Shown here: positions 1-10,639 of the stretch, piece by piece
How positions within the stretch are numbered: the first letter of the stretch is position 1
How the letters are laid out: each line of letters starts with the position of its first letter
Origin: Polyangiaceae bacterium
GTDB lineage: Bacteria; Myxococcota_A; Polyangia; Polyangiales; Polyangiaceae
DNA: 64,000 nt
Direction: 5' to 3'
Assembly: GCA_044376115.1 (NCBI GenBank)
Contig: JBILLK010000004.1
Span: forward strand, 96,001 to 160,000
The notes under the pieces: generated by a model
What the model was told of the DNA's origin: nothing
Seen by the model: only the letters and a program-made list of their open reading frames with translations
Database searches by the model: none
Program-made: the position numbers and the translations under genes

Positions 1-1378
1 CGAGCACGAACGGCGTCGTGTTTTTGAAGCGCACCACTCGATACGGGTTCGCCTCGTAGCCGAGACCTGCGCCGCCCGGGCGATAGAGGAACGTCTCCTC
101 ACCCTCGACCTCCGAGTTGACGATCGCAACCATGGTGGAGGTCCCTTCGGGCACGGTGACCTTGCCCTCCAGATCGAAGCGGGTCAGCCCCGAAACGGCG
201 GAGGCCCGCGCTTGGCTCTGCGTCGAGCGGCGCAAAGACTCGAGGTCCAGCGAAGGGCGATCCTCGAGGTCTTCTGTTTGCATCTCGAGCTTCTTGCGCG
301 GCTCGGCGCGACGGTTATCACGCGGCTTGGCGTCGGCGACGTCCTTGTCGCCCCAAAACGCCCCCGAGGTGACGACGGGCGCAGCGGCTCCGGCCGGAGC
401 CATCGGCTCGGCCTCTGCCTCCTCGTACGAAGTTTCACCCATCATCACCGCCGCTTGCCGACGAACCCCGACCTCTGTGAGATCGGAGCGAGCGACGTCG
501 CGTGGGGTATGAAGGTCGTAGCGGAACGCGATCGGCGCACCGGAGGTGAGGCCGAGCGCAACCTGACTCCAATCTTCACCGCTGGTGTTGTCGACTACGG
601 CCCAGCCTTGCAACAGCGCCGCGCCCTTGCCCGCTTTGGGTAGCACGACGCGATAGGTCGGCTTCCACATCGGTGCAGCTGCGACGTAGCTCACGAGCAG
701 GTCGTGGGAGGTCGCTCCTTCGAGCCGGATCGAAACCTGCACCTGCTGGAACATGCCTTCCCCGGCGCTCGCATCCAGCGTGCGACCAAACTGCAACGCG
801 AGATCGCCGTCGCTGAAACGCACGCCCTTGACGCGAGAGAGCCGCGTGACACGCAGCGCGTCCCCTTCGAGTAGCGTGATGCGGTGATCGCGCGTCGGCA
901 TCGGTATCGGACGCATTCCGATGAACTCCGAGGGCGCGTCCTCCAAGGGCTCGACCATCACGATGCGGCCCGCGATGGTGCCCTCGGTGGTGCTGAGCGC
1001 CACCTCGGTACCGCGTAGCGCATCCAGCACTTCGGCGAGGTTGCCGCGACCAGGCTGCAACGTTGCGAGCGCCGCGTTGGCCCACGATTGCGGGTCGAGC
1101 GGCATCGACACGCTGACCGCACGGCCGGACTTTCGCTCGACCACCGTCAGACTCTTGAGCAGATCGTTGATCTGATCTTTGCGCACCTTGAGCGTTAGAA
1201 CGTTCCCCTCGATCGTCCCTCCGCGCTCGAAGTAGCCGATGCCATTACGGTAGAGCACCACCCGCTCGAGCTCGAGCGGCGACTCGGCGGAGGGAAAGCG
1301 CGAGCGACTGTCCGGGCTGCAGCCGCTGCCCGCCAGAACCACAAGCAAGAGCGAGGACCAGCGAGAGAGGCGCATCAT
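1..1378 (-). CDS. DUF4139-type lipoprotein, runs off the window start (absent from the ORF track)
   Basis: Manual translation: MMRLSRWSSLLLVVLAGSGC (lipobox-like), LERVVLYRNGIGYFER, WKPTYRVVL, LQGWAVVDNTSGEDW, typical of DUF4139 proteins. Confidence 0.75.
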   Translation of the reverse strand, partial: MMRLSRWSSLLLVVLAGSGCSPDSRSRFPSAESPLELERVVLYRNGIGYFERGGTIEGNVLTLKVRKDQINDLLKSLTVVERKSGRAVSVSMPLDPQSWANAALATLQPGRGNLAEVLDALRGTEVALSTTEGTIAGRIVMVEPLEDAPSEFIGMRPIPMPTRDHRITLLEGDALRVTRLSRVKGVRFSDGDLALQFGRTLDASAGEGMFQQVQVSIRLEGATSHDLLVSYVAAAPMWKPTYRVVLPKAGKGAALLQGWAVVDNTSGEDWSQVALGLTSGAPIAFRYDLHTPRDVARSDLTEVGVRRQAAVMMGETSYEEAEAEPMAPAGAAAPVVTSGAFWGDKDVADAKPRDNRRAEPRKKLEMQTEDLEDRPSLDLESLRRSTQSQARASAVSGLTRFDLEGKVTVPEGTSTMVAIVNSEVEGEETFLYRPGGAGLGYEANPYRVVRFKNTTPFVL

Positions 1379-1427
1379 CGCGCGATCGTGCTCGCAACGC
1401 GCCGAGAAGCCTAATTTCCAGCCGAAC

Positions 1428-3788
1428 TCAGAAGGCTCGCTTGGCGTCGCTCGGACAGTTGGGGTGCTTGAGCAGCGCGTTGCGCAGATGAATCTGCCGT
1501 TTCACGAGCGGCTGACGCAAAAAATGAGTGATGACCGAGGGGGGCGTGGCTGCAAAGCGCGTGAAGTTTTGCACGATCGCCACCGACATGATCTGGCGGG
1601 CACAGATCAACGCGGCCGTCTTGCTGTCGATCGATAGACCCGAAAGCGAGCCCAACGCCCTGCCCTCGGTCTTCCAGATGATCTCCATGCGGTCATCCGA
1701 ATCGGTGGTCGCAAACTTGTTGCGCAGGAGGTTGCGCGCGCTCGAACGCGTGCGCTCGCCGGCCTCGCGATCGAGCGACACTTTGTAGATCTCGATCAGC
1801 CGCTTGGGCAGCAGGATGCGGCGCAACAAGCCTTCACTCACCATCGGATTGCGCAGCACACGGCGCTGAACCTGCGGATCCTTGAAGAACTCACCGCGCT
1901 GCGCGAGCACATCCAACCCAGCCGCAGTTCGGTGGTGGAAGGCGGCAAAACGCGCGTGCTCATTGCTCACGTTGATGTTGTCCCAAAGCGCGCGGAAGAC
2001 GTCCGGCTCCTTGTCGTAGACCAACGCGAACAGATCGATGCCGTGGCCCAACGAGGCGATTCGCGCTCGCTCGTCGATCGTCAGCACGGAAAGCACCCGC
2101 TCGAAGTGCGCAAGGTAGTTGGTGGCGGCGGCCTTTTCGTCCGGTGCGCTCTCTTCCGGCGGGTCGGCGTCGTCTTCTGCAGGAGGCGGAACCGAAGAGG
2201 CCGGGCCTGTATCGACTTCCAACGCAGCACGGGCGTCGAGCGGCCGGGACGCTGGCTCGCCGCGACGACTCTCGACAGGACCGGCGCCGTCGTCCACGTA
2301 CGTGGCGTCCTCGGCTCCAGAGACCTGGCTCAACTCGTTCAGATCCATCTCGAGCAGCGTGGGGTGGCTCTCGAAATCAAAGCTGCGATTGCTGGGGGGC
2401 GGCTCAGCGGGTGCAGTGGGAAGTGGCTGCAAGAACGGTGGCATCTCCATGTCCACCAAGGTCGCGTGCTCCTCACGACGCTGCTCCTGATGACGCTGCT
2501 CCTCACGCTGCGACTCCCCCTCGGGCTCATCGTCGAGAACTCCGCGCTTGCGGAGATTCGCGACCACGTGACTGACCCGAAACTCCGTGAGGCCGGTGCG
2601 ATCGGCAAGAACGTCTAGTTTGACGGTAGGATCATAGTTGAGGAGAACCATCGTCTCCTCGCCGCTCAGCGCGATCCGCTCTTCCGAGCGCAGCGAGCGC
2701 TCTTCCTGCGGGGCTTGCAGCACCGGAGCCGGCTTCGGCGGTGGTGGGGCCGGCGGCGGTGGTGGGGCCGGCGGCGGTGGTGGGGCCGATGGGGGCGGCG
2801 GTTCCGATGACTGCAGCGGGGAGACGATGCTCTCCGGCGGCGGCGCCCAATCCGCTCGTTGGGTGACCCACGAGAACATCGACGCCACTGAACTTTTTGG
2901 CTGCGCAGGCGGCTCGGGCGCCGGCGTTTGCGGTTGCGTCGGGATACCGGGTACGGGCAGGGCGAAACCGCCGGAGGGCGGAAAACCGGCCGGATTGTCG
3001 AGCGGAAGCCGCGCGGTGGTAGCGAGGCTTACGGGTGCGGGCCGGGAAAAGGGGGACGAATCTCCAGGCCTGCTCCAACCGGCCTTGGGGACTTTGCGCG
3101 AGGGTACCGCCCCGCGATCAGCTGGGAGAAACGGCTCTTGTTGTGCAGCGGCGGCCGGCGGAGGAGCCAGCGGAGTACGAAGCTCGGGCGTGGGCATCGG
3201 TAGCCCACGGGGCCGAGCCGGCGGTTGGGTTGGCCCTTGATTCAGCGCAGCGATCTCAGCATCCAAGCCGCGCTCCGGGGGCAGCGTTGGGGCGCTCTCA
3301 AAATCCCAAGGAGCGGGTGTGGCCTCATCCGCGTGCAGCGCGAGCGGCGGAGCCACGGGCCGCGCGGCTTGAGCTGCGGGCCGCGCCACCGGAGCTGCAG
3401 GCTGAGCAGGAAAAGCAGGCTGAACCGCGGGCCGCGCAGCCTGAGCTACGGGCTGCGCGGGCTCGGGGGCGGGAGCAGAAGAAGGCCTCCGCGACGCCGG
3501 CTCGACGATCGGCGCTGAACGGTCGTCATTACCGCGCGCTGAAGTGCCACGCCGAAGCGCCTGTGCCTGCGCTCGTTCGAGCGCTGAACTCTCGATTTTG
3601 ACGGTGTCTCGGCGAGGCGACTGCGGATGATTCAGCACCGGACGCCGAGCGCGTTTGGTGGTCGTCCCGGCGTAGATCCTGCGGCCCAGCGTCTCCGGGC
3701 TGACGATCACCTCGATGTTGTCCCGCTCGGGACTGTCACCAAGCCGAACGACCTCCAATAGGTCACGCGCGGACAATAGCTTGGTCAT
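1428..3788 (-). CDS. Pro-rich protein with a central winged-HTH-like segment and a C-terminal helical domain
   Basis: 786-aa ORF; Pro-rich linkers; LSGEETMVLL...LADRTGLTEFRVSHVVANLRKRGVL resembles a wHTH; the C-terminal ~230 aa look globular. Start uncertain. Confidence 0.6.
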   Translation of the reverse strand: MTKLLSARDLLEVVRLGDSPERDNIEVIVSPETLGRRIYAGTTTKRARRPVLNHPQSPRRDTVKIESSALERAQAQALRRGTSARGNDDRSAPIVEPASRRPSSAPAPEPAQPVAQAARPAVQPAFPAQPAAPVARPAAQAARPVAPPLALHADEATPAPWDFESAPTLPPERGLDAEIAALNQGPTQPPARPRGLPMPTPELRTPLAPPPAAAAQQEPFLPADRGAVPSRKVPKAGWSRPGDSSPFSRPAPVSLATTARLPLDNPAGFPPSGGFALPVPGIPTQPQTPAPEPPAQPKSSVASMFSWVTQRADWAPPPESIVSPLQSSEPPPPSAPPPPPAPPPPPAPPPPKPAPVLQAPQEERSLRSEERIALSGEETMVLLNYDPTVKLDVLADRTGLTEFRVSHVVANLRKRGVLDDEPEGESQREEQRHQEQRREEHATLVDMEMPPFLQPLPTAPAEPPPSNRSFDFESHPTLLEMDLNELSQVSGAEDATYVDDGAGPVESRRGEPASRPLDARAALEVDTGPASSVPPPAEDDADPPEESAPDEKAAATNYLAHFERVLSVLTIDERARIASLGHGIDLFALVYDKEPDVFRALWDNINVSNEHARFAAFHHRTAAGLDVLAQRGEFFKDPQVQRRVLRNPMVSEGLLRRILLPKRLIEIYKVSLDREAGERTRSSARNLLRNKFATTDSDDRMEIIWKTEGRALGSLSGLSIDSKTAALICARQIMSVAIVQNFTRFAATPPSVITHFLRQPLVKRQIHLRNALLKHPNCPSDAKRAF

Positions 3789-3895
3789 CGCTTGGCCTGC
3801 CGGGCGCGCATCCGCGGGAGGATACTAAATCCGCAGGCCGATTCACACGGCTTTACAGAGTTTTCCGCGTCTTCGCGAGCAGGCCCTGGTTTCAC

Positions 3896-4546
3896 TCAGT
3901 TGCCCGAACCACTGATCAGGCTCTTGAGCCTGGCCTCAACCTCGGGCTGACCTGGCAAGACCGCGTTGTCGGTGAGGTTTTTGAGCAACTCGTCGCACTT
4001 CGCGAACTCGGTGATGGTGACAGAACTCTCGGGCGGCTCACGGAATGGTACCGACTTGCTCTTGAAGTCCATGCTGCCAGCGAGCGAGAACAGCTCGAGG
4101 CTGCTGGCTCCAGGTGGGCCCACCACCACGGCGACCGCGCACGCCTTGTCCTTGACCGTTACCACGGCGCCGAGGCTCGGCCCCTGGCACCCGTTCGGCC
4201 GTGGACATACCCTCTCCGGCGCTGGGCGTTTCTCAACGGCTTTAGCCCCCGCACCCTGGGCGATCGACGCCAGCCGCGACTGCACGAGCTCGGCCAATTC
4301 GAGCACTTCCTTCGTTTCATTCTTCGGCACGATGCGTGGCCAAAGCACGACCACTGCATCCGGATTGCCAACGCCCCGGCTGATCTCTGGGGCGTCCTCG
4401 GCATGGTCGTAGTGCACCGCAGCCCCCGGCGGCCTCTTTTGCTCGGGCTGTTCCTCCGGGAGCGGTTTGCGTCGCACGGTCGAGACCGCACACCCAGCGA
4501 GTAGGAAGAGGCCACCCAAGGCAACGCGGCTGGGAAGAGAAAGCAT
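3896..4546 (-). CDS. Hypothetical lipoprotein
   Basis: MLSLPSRVALGGLFLLAGC lipobox; several Cys. Confidence 0.6.
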   Translation of the reverse strand: MLSLPSRVALGGLFLLAGCAVSTVRRKPLPEEQPEQKRPPGAAVHYDHAEDAPEISRGVGNPDAVVVLWPRIVPKNETKEVLELAELVQSRLASIAQGAGAKAVEKRPAPERVCPRPNGCQGPSLGAVVTVKDKACAVAVVVGPPGASSLELFSLAGSMDFKSKSVPFREPPESSVTITEFAKCDELLKNLTDNAVLPGQPEVEARLKSLISGSGN

Positions 4547-4615
4547 TACGCCGCACCATACACCAGCCGGCAACCAAGCCGAAACTCCGCGCCAAGGGTC
4601 TGCTATGGCTAGGGG

Positions 4616-5305
4616 GTGGGACGGATCTCTCTGCCTATCGCGTTGGTTTTGGCTTCAATTGGCTGTTCGAGCGTTACCGACGGTTCGGGGGGCGCGGGCG
4701 GCAGCGGTGCGGGCGGTAGCGGCGGCGCCGAGCCGGAACCTGTAAAGACGGTGCTCTACCCCGAGGTCGAGCCGCTGCCCGGCTTCGATCAATGCGAGGT
4801 GACGATCTGGGAGCACCTTCCGTTCGAGGGCCACACCCACGTACCAATCTGCACCGACGTCGAGTACCAAACCGATCCGCCGTCGAGCGGGAATCATTGG
4901 CCCATTTGGGCCGAGTACCGCGCTCACGCTGAGCCTGTGCCGCGCATGATGTTGGTGCACAACCTCGAGCACGGCGCGGTTGTCATGGCGCACAACTGCG
5001 ACGAGGCATGCGCGAGCCAAGCCATGGCGGCCTTCGAGTCGGTGGCCGACACCTTTGGCGCCGACGCCTTGTGCGCGACCAGCCCGGCCGGCGCGATTCG
5101 CTCGCGGATCATCATGACGCCCCAACCATCGTTACAGCTGCCCATCGCTCTTTCGGCCTGGCGCTCGACCTACACGGCGACCTGCATCGACGAAGCCAGC
5201 CTGCTCGCATTCGTCGAGCAACACTACGGTAACGGCCCCGAGGCGACCTGCGCTCAGGGCAAAGATCCGCTCGACCCGACCGTCGGCGTTACGGCCTGTC
5301 CGTGA
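4616..5305 (+). CDS. DUF3105-type lipoprotein
   Basis: Lipobox SIGC, Gly-rich linker, motifs YQTDPPSSGNHW and VHNLEHGAVV. Confidence 0.8.
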   Translation: MGRISLPIALVLASIGCSSVTDGSGGAGGSGAGGSGGAEPEPVKTVLYPEVEPLPGFDQCEVTIWEHLPFEGHTHVPICTDVEYQTDPPSSGNHWPIWAEYRAHAEPVPRMMLVHNLEHGAVVMAHNCDEACASQAMAAFESVADTFGADALCATSPAGAIRSRIIMTPQPSLQLPIALSAWRSTYTATCIDEASLLAFVEQHYGNGPEATCAQGKDPLDPTVGVTACP

Positions 5306-5996
5306 GCGACGCTATTGCGGCGGCAAACAAGTAGCCGGGCGCCGCAGCGTCGGTCATCCACCAGGCGCTCACCGTGAGCGGCGGGTGCGGCTCGCGTAGC
5401 TGCAGCCGCGGCGACAGCGGGCTTCGCGCCGGCAGACCGATCGGGGTCAAGAGCTCGACTTCGCGAAAGGCCACATAGCGACCTACGAACGGATCGATCG
5501 CCTTGTAGATGGCCTCCTTGATCGAGAACACCGTCCGCACGCAGCGATCACGTTCGCTCGCAGCGAGCAGGCTCAGCTGCTTGAGTTCGTCGTCGGTGAG
5601 GATCTTCCGCGCGATGTCGATCTTGGCGGGCACATCGAGCTCGACGTCGACCCCAACCGCACTCCCCGCGCAGGCGTCGGCGACGAGCGCGACCGCGAGC
5701 TGCTCCTTGTGCGAAATCGACACGCGTGCGCATTCACCGACGTCGGGCGCACCTCGCTTGGTCGAGAGGATCGGCCCAGCAAACTCCACTCCGTGCGCAG
5801 CCAACGCGGCGCGGAGCGCGCTGCGTCCACCCAGCCACGTTTTGCGTCGCAGCGGGCCAAAGCTCGCGAGCTGCGCTTGCTCCTGGGGGTGGATCGCGGC
5901 CTCGAGTTCCTCAGGCTCATCGACGAGCGGCAGCACGGCGAGCGTTGCGTCAGCCATCCGAAAAACCTTCACCGCGGGCGCGCCGGCGAACCTCAT
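5289..5996 (-). CDS. 4'-phosphopantetheinyl transferase (EntD/Sfp-like)
   Basis: VSISH, VGVDVE and FSIKEAIYKA motifs; start placed just after the upstream gene's stop. Confidence 0.85.
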   Translation of the reverse strand: MRFAGAPAVKVFRMADATLAVLPLVDEPEELEAAIHPQEQAQLASFGPLRRKTWLGGRSALRAALAAHGVEFAGPILSTKRGAPDVGECARVSISHKEQLAVALVADACAGSAVGVDVELDVPAKIDIARKILTDDELKQLSLLAASERDRCVRTVFSIKEAIYKAIDPFVGRYVAFREVELLTPIGLPARSPLSPRLQLREPHPPLTVSAWWMTDAAAPGYLFAAAIASLTDRP

Positions 5997-6007
5997 CAAG
6001 GCCTCAC

Positions 6008-9000
6008 TCAGCGACCCGCACGCGGTTTCTTTTTCGCGCTTGGTTTCGGCTGCGGCGTTGGCTTTGCCGACTTCTCCTCGGAGGCTTCTTCCTCGGCTTT
6101 CCGTGCAGCGATCAGTTCGGTTGCACGTGCCAAGTCCACATTTCCCGGGATCTGTTGACGCAACGTCGCGAGCAGCGCCTCGGCGCGAGGATCGTTGGTT
6201 TCTGCGAGCGCGAGCGCTGCCACGACGGAGACCAACCAAGGTGCGTCGGCGGCTGGCAGCGGCAGTTGTGCGACCTTCTCCGTCGCGCGCTCGACTTCAC
6301 CCATTTTTGCTTGCACCAAGACAGCAGCAAAGCTCGCCGAGGGGCCAGCACGCACGTCGGAGAGCGAGAGCGCATGGGCGCGATTCTCTTTGGTTGCTAC
6401 ACCGAGAAGAATGCGCTCGAGCTGCGTCACCCAGCCTGCGGTTGCGGCGCCGAGAGCCTTCTCCGACTCGCGATTGGCGCCCTCGGCCCGAAGCAAACGG
6501 CCAGCGCGCTGGGCACGAGCCGCGTGCTCTGAAGCGTCGGGCCACTTTGCCACGACCGCGCGCGCCTCCTTGAGCGAACCGACGAGCAACAAGCGATCGA
6601 CCAGGACGAGCTCTGCGAAACGCGGATCGCGCTCTTTGATCTTGTCGAGTTCCTCGCTCGTGACCAACTGCGGCCCAGCGAGCGCGCGACGCAACGTTGT
6701 CGCGAAGGATCCATCCGTACTCTGTGCCAAAGTAGACAGTGCGCTCAGATCACCCGTTTCGTAGGCGATCAGCGTGTGGAGCTCGGTAGCCGCGGTCGGC
6801 GACATACCCTTTGCGCTCACCGCCAGCTCCTCGAAACGACCGGTGCGCAAGGCGTCCTGTGTGAGCAAGCGCAGCGCTGGTGAGTAGGTTGGGGCCAATG
6901 CGAGCGCTCGAGCTGCGCCCAGCGCGGTCGCAGCCTCATCCCCACGCAAAGCCGCTACTTCACCAAAGAAGACCGCCAGCTGCGGACTCTCCGCCTCGAG
7001 CACGGCTTGCTTGAGGGCTGGGTCCGTAGGACCTCCCCTACCCTCGCCCGGCTTCTGAAGCACCGCGACGGCGCCGAACACCGGATGGAGACAGCGCGAA
7101 ACGTCGGCGCTGGTCATGTTCAACAACGGCCCTTCGCCCTTCTCGTCGCGATGCACCTTGCGCTGGGCCCACGCGAGCGCCTCGAGCGCGGCCAGCGACC
7201 CCGGATCAAAACGGCTCTCCTTCTTCGCGAGTTCGAACGGCGCCGTATCTCCTGCCAGGAGCGAGATGCGGATCAGTCGCAGGCGTGCCGGTCCGAACGC
7301 AGGCGTCAGCGCAACCGCGCTGGCGAAAGCCTCGAGCGCCTCCGACTTGCCCTGTCGTTCGAGCATGATGCCTTTCGTCCAAAGGCAGAGCGTGTCTTTC
7401 GCGCAGCCGCTGCTCTGATCTGCACGCTCGGCAGCCTGGACGAGGTCCCCACTCAGCACCGCCTCGGCGATCTCGGCGTAGGCGACCTCCTCCGCGCTGA
7501 GACCGTGAGCACGAGCGCCATCGATCGCCGCGCGCAACCCGTTGTCGCTGCCTCGCACCTCGAACGCCGTGAGCACGCGGTGCTGCAAACGAGCGTCGAC
7601 AACGGCTTTGGTTGCGTTGCCTTCGATCTTTGCGAGTTCCACATCTGCCACTGAAAGGGAGGCTGGAGACGCTTGTCGAAGCGCTTCGACGATCGGCGTT
7701 GGCAGGCTGCTCTCGGCTGAGCCGCTCTCTTTTTCGTTGGGCCCGGAGAGCAGCAAGTAGCTCGCATAAGCAACAAGGCCAAGCACGGCGAGGACCGCGA
7801 TCCCCAGCGCTGCGTAGAGCTTGTACGGCCGCGCCGTCGGCTCACTCAGGCCCGCCGACGGCTCGAAGCCCATTGGTCCGGAGAAGGGCCTCGCGGGCGC
7901 GGCGGGCACGGCGATCTCGGCGGGCGGTGGTGGAGGGGTGGGTCGCGCTTGGTTTTCAAACCCGAGCGGCGCCAGCACCATTGGGTCGGGTACGTCCTCG
8001 GGACGGAGCGGGCGAACCGTTGCCGGCCGAACGGGCGGCGCACCAAACGTCGGTACCGCGGCGGGCGGCGGCGAGAACAGCGGCTCTTCTACCGCGCCGC
8101 CGCCAAGCATGACCCCACGGGCCAGCACCGGGTTGCTCGGCATGTACTGTTGCGGCGCGAGCGACGGACTCGGAAACGCTGGCGGGTTGGGCGGTGGCGC
8201 GAGGGACTGCGCGTCGCGTTGCCGAGACAGCGCATGCGGCGGACGAGGGTCCGCGGTCGTCGCTGCGCGCAGCGCCTCCACGGCGTTCAGAATCTTGGTG
8301 CGCGGTACGTCCCCATCGTCCACGTCGAGGCCAGGCGGTGTGGGCGGGAAACTCGCGGGCGGCGTGACCTGCATCGCCAGCGTACCGCCTTTTGAAACGG
8401 GCGGTGCGGATTGCGGGCCTTGCATCGCTGCCCCTAGCACCGGACGGGGCAGCACGCTCGGAGCCGGAACGCCGTTGCGCGCCTGAGGAGGCACGGCCAT
8501 CGGCGGTGGCAGCGAAGGCGGCTGAAAGGCTACTGGATCTTTGAGGCCGGTAACCGCGCCCTCTTCGTCGTCTTCCTCGATCAGATCGTGAGGCGAGACG
8601 ATGAGCGACGACGACTCTTCATCGACTGGGCGCGGTGCCGAGGTCGGCGGAGTCCACAGGTTGGTGATGGCCCCCGACAAGGTCGAAGGCTCCGCCAAAT
8701 CGAGCGGTTCTCGTTTGGGACTGGGCCGCGGATCAGGCGCCTTGCGCTCGGGTACCGCGACCTTGTGTGGGTCACGCACCTGAGTCGTCGTGACCGTCTC
8801 GGGATCGCTCGGGGGTGGGGGCGGCGGCAGCAGCGGCTTGCTCGGCCCCGGCGCAGCTGCCGCTGAAATGAGCTGCTCGGGCGTGTCTGCGACGCGGGTT
8901 GGGACCTCGGTCGGGTTCTCCTCGAGCGCCGGCATTGGGCGCAGCGGCCGTCGCTCGGCCACCGGCTTGCGGGCGGCCACCTTCGGCTCGCTGCGAACGT

Positions 9001-10297
9001 CCGCGTCGACTCGGCCGGCCAGCCCGCGATTGACGTCCGACTGCGAGGTATCGACCTTGGTCGGAGGATCATCGTTGTTACTGGAGCGGTCGGTGGTGTG
9101 TGACGGCCGGGGTTTGGCCACCACCGCGGACGCTTTCGCGGGTTCTTCAACCTTCTTGGACCATGAACCTTCGGTCTTTGCTTTGGGCCCGGCACGTTCA
9201 GCGGCGATGACGTTCGCAACCGCCTGCGGCACCACAGTGCCTTCGCTCGCGAGCGTTCTACCGATGTCTGGCTTTGCCTTTGGTTTCGGTTCTGGATTGG
9301 CCGGTAGATCCAGCGAATCGAGCGCGTCCAAGGCTGGCAGCGGTGGAACCGAGGGAATCGCCGGCACCGCGGGCAACGAGGGCAACGAGGGCAACGAGGC
9401 CACCGCTGGTAACGCGGGGACTGCAGGCAGTGCCAGCGCGGGCGGCCCGCCGACCTCGGGCTTGGGCGCGGATTTGGCGGCGAGCGCCCGCTCGGCAGCG
9501 GCCTCCTTTGGGGCGGGCTGTACGGCGGTTGCAGGTGCGTCGTCCGCGTCCTGCGAGTCGACACGGGTCGGCGGACCTTCGTCGGCATCTTTCGTCGGAT
9601 CCCCCTTGGCATCCACCCGCGTAGGAGGCGAATCATCCGCCGCATCGTCCGCGGCAGGAGGAGGCGGAACAGCACCGCCGAAGAGGTGTGTCTTCTGCCG
9701 CCGCGGATGGGCCAGCACAGGCTCACTCGTTTCGGTATGTGTGTCGCCCTCGGTGCGCTCCTCGACGTCCACGGTGGAGATGCGCGAGTTGAGTCCTAGC
9801 TTGGAGCGCCGGTCGAGCGGCGGAGCCGGCAGCGGCGGCGGAGCAGCCGGAAGACCAATCGTCGTGAGCCGTCGGGGCGCAGGTGCAATCAGCTCGCGCT
9901 CGGTCGGCGGGTCGAGCGGCGAGGTGGGCGCGTCGAGCGTCTCCGGATCGGTGGTCTTCGCCGAAAACTCTTTGGTTGGGTTGCGGCGAACTTTCGACAG
10001 CCGCTCCTTCACCCGATTGTCAGCGGGAGCGAGCTTCGCCGCCATGTCGAGCACGGCGGCCGCGTGCGTGGTGAGACCCGAGATCAAGTAAAGATCGCTG
10101 ACGGCGATCGCTACGTCGAGGTTGGTCGGATGCTTGGCCCGAGCCTCGTTGGCGAAGCCGATCACGAACGGGTCGGGCAAGAGCTTTTGCGGAGCCGCCT
10201 TCAACGCCGCACGGATGAGCATCGCGCAGAGCTCAACCGTTGCGTCGACCTTTGGGTCAGCCCGCCATGCTTCAAGCAGCTTGTCCATCCGCACCAT
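6008..10297 (-). CDS. Large membrane-anchored protein: helical N-terminus, long Pro-rich region, TM segment, TPR-like C-terminal half
   Basis: 1429-aa ORF; TM segment LYAALGIAVLAVLGLVAYASYLLL; Ala/Leu-rich helical repeats. Confidence 0.65.
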   Translation of the reverse strand: MVRMDKLLEAWRADPKVDATVELCAMLIRAALKAAPQKLLPDPFVIGFANEARAKHPTNLDVAIAVSDLYLISGLTTHAAAVLDMAAKLAPADNRVKERLSKVRRNPTKEFSAKTTDPETLDAPTSPLDPPTERELIAPAPRRLTTIGLPAAPPPLPAPPLDRRSKLGLNSRISTVDVEERTEGDTHTETSEPVLAHPRRQKTHLFGGAVPPPPAADDAADDSPPTRVDAKGDPTKDADEGPPTRVDSQDADDAPATAVQPAPKEAAAERALAAKSAPKPEVGGPPALALPAVPALPAVASLPSLPSLPAVPAIPSVPPLPALDALDSLDLPANPEPKPKAKPDIGRTLASEGTVVPQAVANVIAAERAGPKAKTEGSWSKKVEEPAKASAVVAKPRPSHTTDRSSNNDDPPTKVDTSQSDVNRGLAGRVDADVRSEPKVAARKPVAERRPLRPMPALEENPTEVPTRVADTPEQLISAAAAPGPSKPLLPPPPPPSDPETVTTTQVRDPHKVAVPERKAPDPRPSPKREPLDLAEPSTLSGAITNLWTPPTSAPRPVDEESSSLIVSPHDLIEEDDEEGAVTGLKDPVAFQPPSLPPPMAVPPQARNGVPAPSVLPRPVLGAAMQGPQSAPPVSKGGTLAMQVTPPASFPPTPPGLDVDDGDVPRTKILNAVEALRAATTADPRPPHALSRQRDAQSLAPPPNPPAFPSPSLAPQQYMPSNPVLARGVMLGGGAVEEPLFSPPPAAVPTFGAPPVRPATVRPLRPEDVPDPMVLAPLGFENQARPTPPPPPAEIAVPAAPARPFSGPMGFEPSAGLSEPTARPYKLYAALGIAVLAVLGLVAYASYLLLSGPNEKESGSAESSLPTPIVEALRQASPASLSVADVELAKIEGNATKAVVDARLQHRVLTAFEVRGSDNGLRAAIDGARAHGLSAEEVAYAEIAEAVLSGDLVQAAERADQSSGCAKDTLCLWTKGIMLERQGKSEALEAFASAVALTPAFGPARLRLIRISLLAGDTAPFELAKKESRFDPGSLAALEALAWAQRKVHRDEKGEGPLLNMTSADVSRCLHPVFGAVAVLQKPGEGRGGPTDPALKQAVLEAESPQLAVFFGEVAALRGDEAATALGAARALALAPTYSPALRLLTQDALRTGRFEELAVSAKGMSPTAATELHTLIAYETGDLSALSTLAQSTDGSFATTLRRALAGPQLVTSEELDKIKERDPRFAELVLVDRLLLVGSLKEARAVVAKWPDASEHAARAQRAGRLLRAEGANRESEKALGAATAGWVTQLERILLGVATKENRAHALSLSDVRAGPSASFAAVLVQAKMGEVERATEKVAQLPLPAADAPWLVSVVAALALAETNDPRAEALLATLRQQIPGNVDLARATELIAARKAEEEASEEKSAKPTPQPKPSAKKKPRAGR

Positions 10298-10373
10298 GGA
10301 GGGCCGATGCAGGTTAGCTCAACCCACAGAAAAACAATGCTGAAGCTTGTTCAACGACGAGCTGAGGCGACCA

Positions 10374-10583
10374 TCATTGTTTCGCAGGAGCCTTGGCGGA
10401 GGCCGCCGGAGCGCCGCTCGCCGAGGAATGCGGCGCGGCCGAACCGTGCGCGCCAGGCGCCGAGTGGTCCCCAGCGGAGAGCTTGAGCGCGTACAGAAAG
10501 CCTCCGCCGATGGCAATCGCCGCGAGGGTTGCAACGAGTGCGGGGTGATCGTACGCGAAAATGCCGGTTTTCTTGGTGGCCAC
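10374..10583 (-). CDS. Small single-TM protein
   Basis: GTG start, ATKKTGIFAYDHPALVATLAAIAIGGGFLYAL, then an Ala/Ser-rich tail; fills the gap between two minus-strand genes. Confidence 0.55.
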   Translation of the reverse strand: MATKKTGIFAYDHPALVATLAAIAIGGGFLYALKLSAGDHSAPGAHGSAAPHSSASGAPAASAKAPAKQ

Positions 10584-10639
10584 GGCGCTGTCATAGCGGG
10601 GAACCGCCCTACGAATCAAGCAGGAGCCTTGCCAGGTCG

